Positions 39,471 through 51,599 of a DNA stretch of 64,000 nt are shown here, piece after piece. Position 1 is the stretch's first letter; each line of letters begins with the position of its first letter. The notes under the pieces were generated by a model, which was not told where the DNA came from, made no database searches, and saw only the letters and a program-made list of their open reading frames with translations. The stretch is from Welwitschia mirabilis (Eukaryota): contig JBOZIK010000001.1 in the NCBI GenBank assembly GCA_051453625.1, positions 45,846,160-45,910,159 on the forward strand, in the 5' to 3' direction. Made by a program: the position numbers and the translations under genes.

Positions 39471-40420
39471 TGATGATGACTAATTTTAATGTGAATTTTA
39501 CTTATTAATGAAATGTTTTTGTTTTTATAATTATACTTTTTAGATAGTAATAGATATAATTCTTTAGAAATTAAGTTAATATACTTCCTAATCAATAGGT
39601 TAGTTAGCTAGTATGTTAGTAGGTTAGTATATATATTTTATGTTATTGAGTTATAGGTACAAATGTCGTTTAGTATTAGGATGAAAGAGAAAGATGAGGT
39701 AATAGAAAAGCAGTAACAACCTTAACTATAAACCTATTCCTAAGGAGCAAATGAAGGAAATGACAAAACAGAAAGGGATATAAGGAATAGATCACCATGA
39801 AAAGGAGGAATATTTTTGCAAATTTCTTTAGCAATGGAACTCAGCAAAAAGGTCAAGAGGGAAGCTATAACTATCCTAAAAAGGGTGCAAAACCATCTCT
39901 AATTCTCCAAGTATTGCTTACAAAGGAAAACACAATCTCATTAGTACATATTTATGTAAAATTTTGGTATTTCAATACAAGACTAAAAATATAACATTTT
40001 GGGTATTATTTTATACATTTTTAATTACTTGATAAAGTAATACTATTACCATTTTCTCCTATTTATGCAGCTGAACATAAATAAGAATAACTAACAATGC
40101 TTAGAAATAAGTATTGCTTAGCATCTTATCTATCATGTTTTTTATAACTTTATTTATTTTCTCATAGTATAATATATGTAAATATTAAACTTTATCATCA
40201 AATAAAATTACTTAATTAGTTCAAGTAACTTCATCATAATATTATCATGATGATGCATTTTGAACTAAACAGTTAAATCTCAACTAGATCTTTGGGAAAT
40301 CTTTGATTTTTATTTAATGATTTAAGCTTAGTTTAGGTTAATAACATCATCGTTTTCTACATTTTCTACCATAACTTTATAGTATTTTCTGCATTCAGTT
40401 TACCATATAAGCTTCCATCA
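39471..40420 (+). repeat. LTR 2 (shared middle LTR) of family C tandem
   Basis: TGATGA...CCATCA, with a PPT on the left and a PBS on the right. Confidence 0.9.
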
Positions 40421-40423
40421 TTT

Positions 40424-40439
40424 TGGTGCTAGAGGAAGG
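40424..40439 (+). other. PBS (tRNA-Asn type)
   Basis: TGGTGCTAGAGGAAGG versus TGGCGCTAGAAGGAGG. Confidence 0.7.
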
Positions 40440-40499
40440 CCTATCCTAAAGCCACTAGTGGAGATAAAGAAAACCATGATCCAATGAGATAGCCAAGGA

Positions 40500-43400
40500 A
40501 AATGGTAAGATGAAAAAGGTAGGTATGTTAAAGACCCTAAAAGATATGATCTGGATAAGCAGACTAGAAGTAGGATTAAAATAGAAATAGAAGAGGAAGA
40601 TCTTATGATGGATGAAACCACTCTTAGAAAGACTGTGAGAGAACAAATCTTTCTTGAATTAATGAATGAATTTGAGCAACAATTACTTACTCTTCTTAAA
40701 CCACCTTTCATTCAAGGAGAATCTTCCCAAATAACTCAAGTAAATAAACCTAAAAAGAAGTTTTTACTAGGATGATATTAGGAAGATGATGAAGATTTAA
40801 GACCTTTAAATTATGATATCCATTAGCTAGAATACTTAAGTGCCATTAATTCTATAGCCTTAGAACACCTAAACAAAGTGAGAAATATAAATATCATGTC
40901 AATATCCACTTTTAAGGGCTAGAAATCAAAAGAACCCTTAGTGCATTTAAGTTTGTTTGATGCCTTCTGTAAAGCAAATCATCTTGATCCATAATCTGAT
41001 TATCTAAGGTATTTTCCTTTTTCTTTAAAAGTGAATGCTCAGTTATGATATTATAAAAACTTGAATTATGCCTTTAGTTTATGGGTAACTCTCAAGGATG
41101 CTTTCTTAGCTAAATTTCAACCCATAAGAATGGTTAAAGATTTAAAAGAACAATTTTTGAATATTAAATAGAAAGATAATAAGAGATTTGATGAATTTAT
41201 GGATAAGTATATTATATTATTAGATAAATGTCCTAACCATGGAATTGCAGCTAGAGAATGAGCTAGAGCTTTACTTAGAGGATTAAAGAGTCAAACTTTA
41301 AAGATAAAACTTACTGTCTATAGGAAGCATCAAAGCAAAGAATGTTCAAGAAGTTGGAGAAGCTATTACTCAATTTTATAATATGAGTCAAGGATGGGGA
41401 CAAGAAAGTGAAAAAAGAATAGAGTAAATGAAGTATTTATGCCAGAATTAGATGGTAGTGTGTATAGTTTAAAACATATTAGTCTTATTAAAGAAGTAGC
41501 TAAAAAAGTGATCAATAATATTGTAGAAAATTTGATTGGTTAGTGTACAACACTTTAAAGAGGAAGAAGGACCTACATGTGAACATTGTGAAGAAGATGA
41601 TCATGAAGGAATAGAATGTCCTTGGATACAGGAATTTGTTCATTGGTTGGATATTAGTAGATTAGATTTAAATATAGAAAATCAATCTCAAACCAGGAAA
41701 AAACCATATCCTTATCAAAGAGGAAATGAAAAGGTAGGTTTAAAAGGCCTTTACAAAAATATGTAAATTCAAAAAGGCAAGAATAATATGATTATTATAG
41801 GAATTGAAAAAATAAAGATTCAAAAGACATGAAAGAAAAATCAAAAGTAGAGAACAAAGAAGGGAAATTTCCTGCTTAAGCTCAACCAAATCCAAGAGAA
41901 GTAAGTAGTAGAGCAATGACTACTAGATGTGGGAAACAAATGGTGATACATGAACCCCAAAAAAAGAAAATAAATTTGAACAGTTTTTCAAATGATAAAA
42001 ACAAAAATTATAAGGAAGAAAATAGTAGATAATGCATCAACAAATCCTCTATCTTTTTCAATGAGAAGTAAACAAATAAAACATTCAAAAATTGAAAAAG
42101 ACATAGAATATTTAACAAAATTTTTAGAAGATATAACAATATCATTATCTCTTTTAAAATTACTAAAAGGCATACCTATGTATTGGAAGCAAATGAAGAG
42201 CATGTGTTTAAAACAAAGGAGTAAAAAGAAAAGCAAAAAGTAAAAACAAATTGAAATGATTAGGAAAGATACAAGTTTATTAGACTTCCATACAAGTTCT
42301 TTAAAATAAATAATATGAAAACTATAGTGATCCATGAACACCTATGATAGATGTAAAAATTGATGGAAAACTCAAAGTAGAAGCACTTGTGGATCTAGTA
42401 GCAAGCATTAATGTGATGGCCTATGAAACTTACAAGGAATTGGAAAAGCCAAAGTTAATATTTTACTAAAGAAAGGTGTACTTGACAGATGGTTCAGCAG
42501 TGACACCAAAAAGAGTTCTAAAGGATATATCCATCAAACTCTAGGGCTTTATCTACCTGATAGATTCTTTAGTAATGAAGACTCAGGGAGATATCCATGC
42601 AGTAATTGTGAAAAAATCTTGGATGGCTACTGAAAATGCTACTCTTTATTCTAGGAGATGGGTAATAGAAATCAGTCTAGAAGATATTAAGAAAGAGATT
42701 AAGTTATCTAATGTAATGGCTATAGAAGAGTAACACAAAATACAAAAGCTATAACCAATGCAATTATGATACAAGAGGTTAGTATAATGTTAAATAAGCA
42801 AAATGAATAAAAGCATGAAGAGGAAAATTTGACATCTTAAGAGATAGAAAAGCCCTCACTTAAGGAAGGATCTAAATACATCAAAGTAGCTCTAAATAGA
42901 CCCCTAATTATAAATAGTTGTTTAACTCATTCTCAAGAAAGAAAACTTAAAAGAATGTTGATTAAAAAAAGGCAACTTTTGCTTGGAATTATACTGATAT
43001 TAAAGGAATAGATCCATAAATATGTCAACATAGAATTTATTTAGATACCTCTATCAAATCAAACAGGCAACCAAAAAGAATATGCAACCATACATGCGAG
43101 AAATAATTAAATAAGAAATTTCTAGACTCTTGGATGTTGGATTATTTATCCTATATACGATTTCAAATGAATTAGTCCTATCATAATTGTGCCAAAGAAA
43201 GGAAATGAATAGAAAGCATGTATAGATTTTTGAATGTTGAATACTGTAACTTCTAAAGATCACTTTCCTCTTTCATTTATTGATCAAGTTTTAGAAAGAG
43301 TATTTGGACATCAGTACTACAGTTTTTTGGATGGATATAGTGTATGTAATCAGGTCCTAATAGCTTTAGAATATTATGCTAAGACAACTTTCACTTGTAA

Positions 43401-45645
43401 TTGGGGTACTTACACTTAAAAAATATTGCCATTTGGATTATGTAGTGCCCCTGTTACCTTTCAAAGATTAGTAAATAATATTTTTTCAAGTTATGATAGG
43501 AAGATCTATCAAAGTATTTATGGATGATTTCTCAACTTTTGAAATTGATCTTGATGAGTTACTAGACAGGTTGGAAAGAGTTTTAGAGAGATGTAAAGAA
43601 AAATTTCTAAAACTTAGCTGGTCAAAAAGTCATCTTATGATGACAGAAGGCATAGTACTAGGATAAAAAATATCTCAAAAAGGAATTGAGATTGATAAAA
43701 AAAATTAAGCTATAAAATACATTTTACCCCTAACTAAACTAAAAGAATTAAGATCTTTCTTCAAGCATGTTGGATATTATAGAATATGTATATCTAACTT
43801 TAGTAAAATTGCTAAAACTTTGAGTAATATTTTATAGAACGATGTGGAATATAAATGGACTGATGAATGTCAAAGTGCTTATTAAACTTTAAAGGATAAA
43901 CTTTTATTAGACCCTATTTTATAAGGATCTAATTAGACAAGATCATTCCACATTATGATCGATGCATTTAGTCATGTTATGGGAGTAGTTTTGGAGCAAA
44001 AAGATGAAGATAATAAATGATACACTATTGCTTATATTAGTAAAAACTTTCAACTAGATCAACAGAATTACATAGTAACAGAGTAGTGATGGAATTAAAG
44101 AAATTTAGGCATTATATTTTAGGTTACAAAGTAAAAGTTATAGACCATAGTGCTATTAGATTTTTGATGAATAAAAAAGAAGAAAATTCAGGAATTAGGA
44201 GATCGATACTATTGATGCAAGAATGTGACTTAAACATTATTGATAGAATAGGGATAAAAAATGTGGTAGTAGTTTACCTCTCAAGACTAGAATTTTCTAA
44301 TGAAAAGCAGATAAAGATAAGAGATGAGTTTCTAGATGAACATCTTTTTCAAGTAAAAACCAATCCATAGTAAGCTGATATAGTCAACTTTATTATGAGC
44401 AAAAAATTACCATATTTTATGAATTATTATAAAAAGAAAATATTATTAAGATAATCTAGAGAGTACATATGGCATGATAAGATGTTATTTAGAAGATGTA
44501 AAGATCATGTTACAAAAAGAGATTTTAGAGGAAGCTCATGAGGGAGGAGGAGGAGGACATTATAGTGCAAGAAGAACAGGGATAAAAATCCTCTATATGA
44601 GATACTACTGACTCATAATATTCAAAGATTCAAATGTTTATATCTAGGATTGTGATAAGTGTCAAAAAGAAGAAGCATTTAGCCAGAGATTAGAAATGCC
44701 ACACTAATGGATTTAGTTAATTTAACCTTTTAATGTTCAGAAAATAGATTTTATTAGACTTATCAATCATTCCTTATATAAAAAAAGATATATTTTGATT
44801 TGCGTTGATTAGTTTACTAAGTGAGCTAAGGCTGAGGATCTATCTCATCATTCTTTCCAAATTATAGTTAACTTTTTCCTTAGGAATATTATCTACTGAT
44901 TAGAGCTCCTCAAAGTCCTATATCTAATAAAAGAACCCATTTTACTAGTGAAATATTTAAGAAACTCTTAATCAAACATGGAATCCACCACAAATTCTCT
45001 ACTACCTATCATCCTCAATCTAATAACTAAGCTGAAGTGACTAATAGAGAAATTAATAGAGTATTAACAAAGGTCATAAATAGTAAGAAAATAGATTGGG
45101 TTGATAAATTAAATAAAGATTCATAGGCTTATAGAATAACTTGAAAACATAGCACATGGCTTATACCATATGAATTAGTCTATGAAAAAAGAGCTATTTT
45201 GCTAATTGAATTGAGAATAAAAACATTTGAATTAGATAAGGGATTAAAGTGTAACTTAGATAAAACTTAAAAGGAATGGATAGAAAACAAGAATATTTAG
45301 ATGAAAACAAAAAAGAATCTCTTTTTCATAAAGAACTTCTACAATATAAGACTAAAATATATCATGATAATAAAATTAGAAAAACTAACTTTAATATTGG
45401 AGATTCAATATTAATTTGTGATCCTAAAAAGACCCAATCCAAGCAAAAATATAAACAAAATTAGTGAGGACCTTAAACCATAACAATAATTTTGGGAAAT
45501 GGAGCCATAGAAGTATATGATCTTGGTGAAAAGGTAATCTACTAAGTTATGGGACAGAGAATAAAAATGTATAATGATTATAAATCTATGCTACATTATC
45601 TAGAAAATCCTTATAGGGTGGAAAGAATACTTTCACTCTACTGAT
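40500..45645 (+). pseudogene. gag-pol pseudogene, copy 2
   Basis: gag FPFSLKVNAQL*Y and CEHCEEDDH; PR ALVDLVASINVM (~42383); RT KDHFPLSFIDQVLERV..YSFLDGYS and VFMDDF (~43514); RNase H IDAFS; INT HEGGGGGHYSARRT and CDKCQ. Confidence 0.95.
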
Positions 45646-46722
45646 GACATAAAAGTTTTTAGACTAAATAATAAAGGATGTGTCATTTCCTTAAAGTTTA
45701 TTCAAACTATTAATTTACTAAGTTATTTAAGGTAAATTTAATAATTGTGAAGTAAGAAGCTAACTTAGTAAGCCTTCAATAAAGGATTGTGTATTATTCT
45801 TATTAAGAAGATTAAGGAGATACATTTCATCACATGGTATAATATCTTTTGATGGATGAGTGTATTTATAAAAAAAAAAAAAGCATAATGTTCTACTACG
45901 AGTACACTAGGGAAAATATTCCTAAGAGGGGCCTTTGGTAATGCAATATAGTAGCTATGAGAACTCCACTGAGGGGTTAATTGGCCATGATCTCGATAAT
46001 TAAAAAAAAAAAAGAAGAAGAAGAAGAAATTTTATGGGTCCTTACTTCTCTAATAGTGGTTTCACTCTCCTCATTGTGGTTGAAAAATTAAGTTGTGAAA
46101 AATAAAAAGTTGAGGAACAGTTATGCCTAGGAGGCATATGAGACACAACTAATTATCAAGACTACAACTATATATCATAACTTAAATTTAAATAAAAAAA
46201 GAGAATAATAATTTTATTCAAGTATTTGACGGAATATAAATCTGAATATCTTCAATTTAATAGCATGCACAATCACTAAACTCTGTTTTAGCAAGAGAAA
46301 GCTTTATATTTTTAAAATCATTTTCACGTTACCTCAAAAATTTGATAAATTGTTTAGTTTGAATTTTCTTTTAATGAAATTAATATGTTCATAAGAAAAA
46401 AATAGTCATGAGATAATCTTATAACAATTAAAAACTTTATTAGGTAAGAAGTTTATTACATCATTTTGTAAAAATAAGATAAAAACATTGTTTAAGCTAT
46501 TAAAGCTAAAAAGATAAATCATTTAACTAAAGCAAATTAATTCTTAAGATAGCCAAAGAAATTGTTCTTCCTTGAGAATGCCTAGTCTTATATGATAATC
46601 CCATGTAACTCTCACCCGGGGGTAGTAGATGCATCTCACTTGGGACTCTAATAGCATGTGGATCTCTTTTAGGTGGGCTCATTAAAAGTTCTGGTAAGGC
46701 TTAGTATTCCATATTGTTTTCT

Positions 46723-47205
46723 TTATGTTCTCACTATAAAAACTAACTGCAATGAGACCAAGTGTAGGGTTCATGCCTTAAAGCTAATCAACGCTTTTTT
46801 TAATACCTACATCCATCTAGCTAATTGGTGTAGGAAAACATCGTAAGTAGAGTTTCCTTAATTAAGTTAATAATGAAGCTCTTTAGTCCCAACTCTCATG
46901 TACTCACACATCAAGTGATGAATCATAGGACCAAAACTTGGAAGAATGATACTATTTTCAAAACAATATTTATTAGCCTTGGTAATAAAAGTTCCTAAGG
47001 CATCCAAAACCTCAGCAATAGACTTATAAATACAGTATAAGTACTGCTACACTCCATTCTTTGACCTAACATAAATCTGAGGTGATTGAAGTTTTACACT
47101 CCTAATACACATATCGATCTTTGTAAAATCCTAGTTAAAAAGGCAATGATTTACCTTTTTAACTTCTAAAGTAGTAATGGGAGAGTAAGGGGGAGTGAAA
47201 ACCAT
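46723..47205 (-). pseudogene. Antisense accessory ORF (161 codons), copy 2
   Basis: MVFTPPYSP...IDMCIRSVKLQ...EVLDALG...MIHHL...GNSTYDV...RT*. No frameshift; several stops correspond to CAA in copy 1. Confidence 0.6.
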
Positions 47206-47796
47206 GAGGATTAACTACGAAGAAGTGGTAAGGATTGAAAAATGATTAAATGGAGGAAATCTAAGGCTCAGATGGAGCATGATGAATGATCAACATTAAA
47301 GAATTAGATTTATAATGTAAGTTATCTTTAGTATGGTTGACAAGTGTGATTCAGTTTAAGTTACCCAGTGTACATGTTTTTAGTAATGAAGTAAAAAATT
47401 TTGAAGAAACTACATACTTGTTCTATTCAATAGCCAAGGTGTACCAAGTATTAGCAATAATATTTATGCAAGATAGAAATGGAGAAATTTTAAGCTCATT
47501 AAGATTCAATCTAAAGTTGGGACTTTAGATTGATTTATGATTATTTTAGTTTATCCTCAAGCTGCAATACTTTGTGGGGACCCATCAGATTTTATCATCA
47601 TCATTAACTACAAAGTGGTTGATGAAATCCTACAATTTATTTTTAATGAAAGAAGAGCTTTAAATAATATTATGTAAACAATAATTAGTAATATAGAGAA
47701 ATAATATATTTTAGGGAAGAATAAGAATTGAATGTTACCTATTCATTCTTATAATAAAAAATTATCAAGAGTCAAACCTCTAGAATAAGTTTATCT

Positions 47797-48216
47797 AGTT
47801 GATTGACACTGACCCAAAGTTAAAACTTTAAGTCAGATTTCGAGCCAACTTAATAAACGTAAAGATTTGTCTTCTAAGCATCTACACCTGCATAAAATAA
47901 GATTACTTAGTTGAAATGATACTAATTTAAAGCTAGAAATTTGAGTTAGATTTTAGAATAAACCATTGTGATGTAAGTCCAAAAAGTTGATTGACACTAG
48001 CTTAAAGTCAAAACTTTGAGTTGGATTTCATGCTAACTTGATTGTTTTCTTGTGTTCAGTAAACCTGCAATAAAACAAGAATGCCTAGTTAACTGACACT
48101 AACTCAAAGTCGAAACTTTAAGGTAGATTTTGAGCCAAGCTACTATGGTGCAAGTTCAAGAAGTTGTCTGACTCCAGCTCAAATTCAAAGCTTTGAGCCG
48201 GATTTTAAGTTAACTT
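47797..48216. repeat. Five-copy palindromic repeat array, copy 2
   Basis: Units starting ~47797, 47909, 47985, 48087 and 48162: AGTTGACTGACACTAGCTCAAAGTCAAAACTTTGAGTCAGATTTTRAGCCAACT. Confidence 0.8.
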
Positions 48217-48443
48217 ATTTCTCTCGGGCCTGTTAATAAAAAGAAAGGTTTTTTTTTTTTTTTTTTTTTTTGAGGAGTATGGGAGTTGGGGATGGAGGGA
48301 GGGATAGGGGGGGGATGGTTATTTTATTTATTAACCCCAATAANNNNNNNNNNNNNNNNNNNNNNNNNNNNNNNNNNNNNNNNNNNNNNNNNNNNNNNNN
48401 NNNNNNNNNNNNNNNNNNNNNNNNNNNNNNNNNNNNNNNNNNN

Positions 48444-48597
48444 TAAACAGTTAAATCTCAACTACTTTTTAGTAAGCCTTTGATTTTTATTTAATGATTT
48501 AAGCTTATCTTAGATTAATAGTATCATAGTTTATACACTTTTTTATCATATTTTCTTAATTTTTTTAATATTTATTTCATCATATAAGCTTTCATCA
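48444..48597 (+). repeat. 3' end of LTR 3 of family C tandem
   Basis: Aligns with 40267-40420, ends TTCATCA, followed by ATTAC rather than a PBS. Confidence 0.85.
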
Positions 48598-49700
48598 ATT
48601 ACCCATGTATGTTTTTCATAGAAAAGGTCATAAGCACTACCATTAATTCAACCATTTCATTAATCCTTTCATCTATTCACTTCACTTTTAAACCACTTCA
48701 TTAAACCTATAAATCATTTATGGTTCCCATATACCTATAAGTTCATAATACTAGTGATCTTAATTAATGGTCTTTAATAATTAAATTGATAATGATAAGT
48801 GTTATTTGTATTAATTTAAGTATTGGTTAGATTAGATGTATTTATAATAAGTGTTCTTTATATTATTTTGCATTACATTGTTAAAGTTTGCACTCATTTG
48901 AGGTCTTTAATTTAGAAAAAGAAAATGGATTAAAAGGTGGAATTTACTTTTATGTTATACGTTTTTTAAGCATTTATAAGAATAAGATATTTCTTAATTA
49001 GACTAATGAACCATAATCCCTTCTATGTGCATCAAAAATGTATATAAGAAGTATACTCTCTTCTTTAAAAGATTTTTTTTTATATTTGATTAGTTTATTA
49101 AATTTATTTAACTACATTAAGGCTATTGATGCTCACTCAAAATGAATCTCTATTGAAAAATGCCATAGTTCTAGAAGCTCAATAATATCAAAATGCTTAA
49201 AGAAAAGGTACTAATGATTATAAAATAAAAGGTGAAACAAAAATTAAAGTAGGAATTGCATAACTTCTATGTGTTACTTTTTCTAACAATTATACTCAAG
49301 ATTTGCTTAGTACTTTTAAAATTTCATGAGTTAACTTAGTTAGTACCTCACTCGTTGACATTAGGATCTATTAAAGAAACTTAAAAAATTACAAAAATTA
49401 TAATAAAATAAGGTCATTACCTAGATGAATTATCTCTTTTATTCTTAGGTTACATGGTTGAGTTTCATTTGTATTACCATTTTCTACTTTATTCCCACTC
49501 ACATTACCATTTTTACTTTACCTCTATTGAATGAGAATGAACATCAAGAGATACAAATGTTTTTATTATGAAATAACCCTTTACTTCATGTTTATTCAAG
49601 AAATTATGCTTCAATTGTTAGCAAGAAGATATTGATTAAAAGATAAAGATAGTGATTTCTTAATAGTTATCATGTTCTTTGCATTATACCTTAGTTGCAT
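48598..49700 (+). pseudogene. Continuation of the decayed L1 ORF2 (linker and start of RT)
   Basis: Weak L1-like motif order: AIDAHSK (~GDRNTK), NKV..LDEL..F (~KAPGPDG), PTHIT (~NxTxI). Confidence 0.3.
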
Positions 49701-51599
49701 CACCTTGCATTTCTTTTCCTTTGAAAAAAAATGACACGTAATGAAGAATTTTCCATGTAATGTTGTATCAACTTGTTCTCAAATTTTGCATTTAATTTTT
49801 TCTATCTTTTCAAACTTTAAGGATAAGTTTATCTTTGGTTAAGGAATATGGAATTCACATTTTTAACTTAATGCCTTATTTTTCCAAAAATTGACCAAAT
49901 TTTTCAAGTTCATTACTCTAATACTTGAATGTTTTCAAACATTTTCAATATTAATCACTATTTTTCACATGTTTTGCTAAGGGACTAGTAAAATTTTGGT
50001 TTAGGATATGGTAACATGTAAATATTTACATTTATCTCAAGTATATTAGACCAATTTATCATAATTGAAGATATCAATTTAATTATTTTATCATAAAAAT
50101 ATGTCTTCTATATTTTTTTATGTCATATGTGAATTTTTGCTTTTATCCATATGTTCTTAGATTTTTATTCATGTTTTGAAAAACATATCTAAAAATGCAT
50201 TTACTCTATACCAAACAAAGATTATGCTAGAGACATGTGATAGTGACACCAATTAAAGGAATACTGCTCCAAAGACCACATGTTGAACTCTTCATAACAA
50301 TCCCTAGTAAACACTAGAAAGATAAATATGTCAATTACTCCATTAATCATTCTAAGAGAAATATTCCAACCACTTCACCATGTTAGAAGATGAAGATTAT
50401 AGCTACTCCACTAAATACTACAAGATGAAATATCCAGTACCTTATCTAATATAAAGGACAACAAACCCAAATGATCTCAATCCGATTATTAATTAGAAAA
50501 AGGGTTAAGTTATTCAATTTATAAATTATTACTTGAAGACAATGCTTATCCTTAAAGCAAAGGATCCTTTTAAGATGTTGTGCTAAGTTCCTCCTTTAGG
50601 ATTGGGCTAGCCTTAAGGCTATCTTAATGCTTTTATAAATAAGCTTTAGATTTATTTCATTGAAATACTACAATTCTATTTCCTAATACTAAATGATAGT
50701 ATCTTTTCTTTCTTGATTTTAAGTTGTGAGTTACTTCATACTTTTAATACTTGATTTAAGCTATACTATTATTGAGTTATTGATACAAGAGTATTTCTTA
50801 TTTATATTTTGACTTCATAGTTTGAATTTGCTTGATAGGATCTATGTTTTGTTTCCTATTTATCATGATTATGATCAGGTAATAGATCAAAGTGACAAAG
50901 ATATTTCACCACTATTCATGTGGTGAATAAGATTATGTCATCACATTATAAGTTATAATGAACTTGGTGTTTTTAAGATTTACACTAGGAATTTTCATTA
51001 TATATTTAAATATATTTTTTAATTAAAATAATAAAGCTTATGCTTTGAGTGTTAAGCCTATTTCCATATTGATGCATATTAAAATATCTTTAATCACTTT
51101 CTTTATTTGCTTTGTTTCTATTTACAATTTTGTATGATGTTAATTTCACTATTTTTCTATCAACATCATACCTATGAGAGAATGACTCTAGAATCCTTTT
51201 TACAATAGAAGCCTTTGATAATATTGGTAAAAATTTAACTTGATTGTGTATGACTTGTATTAATTAGGTTGATCTTGCATTTCTTTAATAAATCTATAAA
51301 CACAAGCGTAGATGAGTTGTACCTTGAATAACTACTAGTTTGAGAATTTTCCAATTCTACCTACATTGAAAATTAAATATCATTCATATCTTAAGGGAAA
51401 AATATCAAATGCTTATCTATTTTTAGTTTATTTTCTTAAGAAAAATTTTTATAATAAAATGTAAATTTGCAAATACTCTAGTCTATAGAATTCTTTCTAA
51501 TAAAAAGAAAGCATTACCAAGTAATATTTAAAATATGACTATTTTTTAAATTTTGATTGATGAAAAATTTCATATTTTCAATCCTATATTGTGTAATGA

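Larger units (their letters stand above)
26881..48597 (+). mobile_element. Tandem Athila-like retrotransposon, LTR-internal-LTR-internal-LTR (family C), flanked by TSD ATTAC
   Basis: Three LTR copies (26881, 39471, 3' end at 48444-48597), two PBSs and two colinear gag-pol regions. ATTAC at 26876-26880 and 48598-48602. Confidence 0.8.

Noticed and set aside
47797-48216. CRISPR array
   Set aside because: Spacers alternate and are related to one another, repeats are degenerate, there are no cas genes, and the context is a eukaryotic retroelement.
48247-48343. Poly-T followed by a G-rich tract (G-quadruplex-like)
   Set aside because: It sits at a contig end beside a gap and is absent from copy 1, so it is probably low-quality sequence.
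50235-50870. Possible solo LTR of chromovirus type
   Set aside because: Only weak terminal and internal motifs, no convincing TSD and no second copy in the window.
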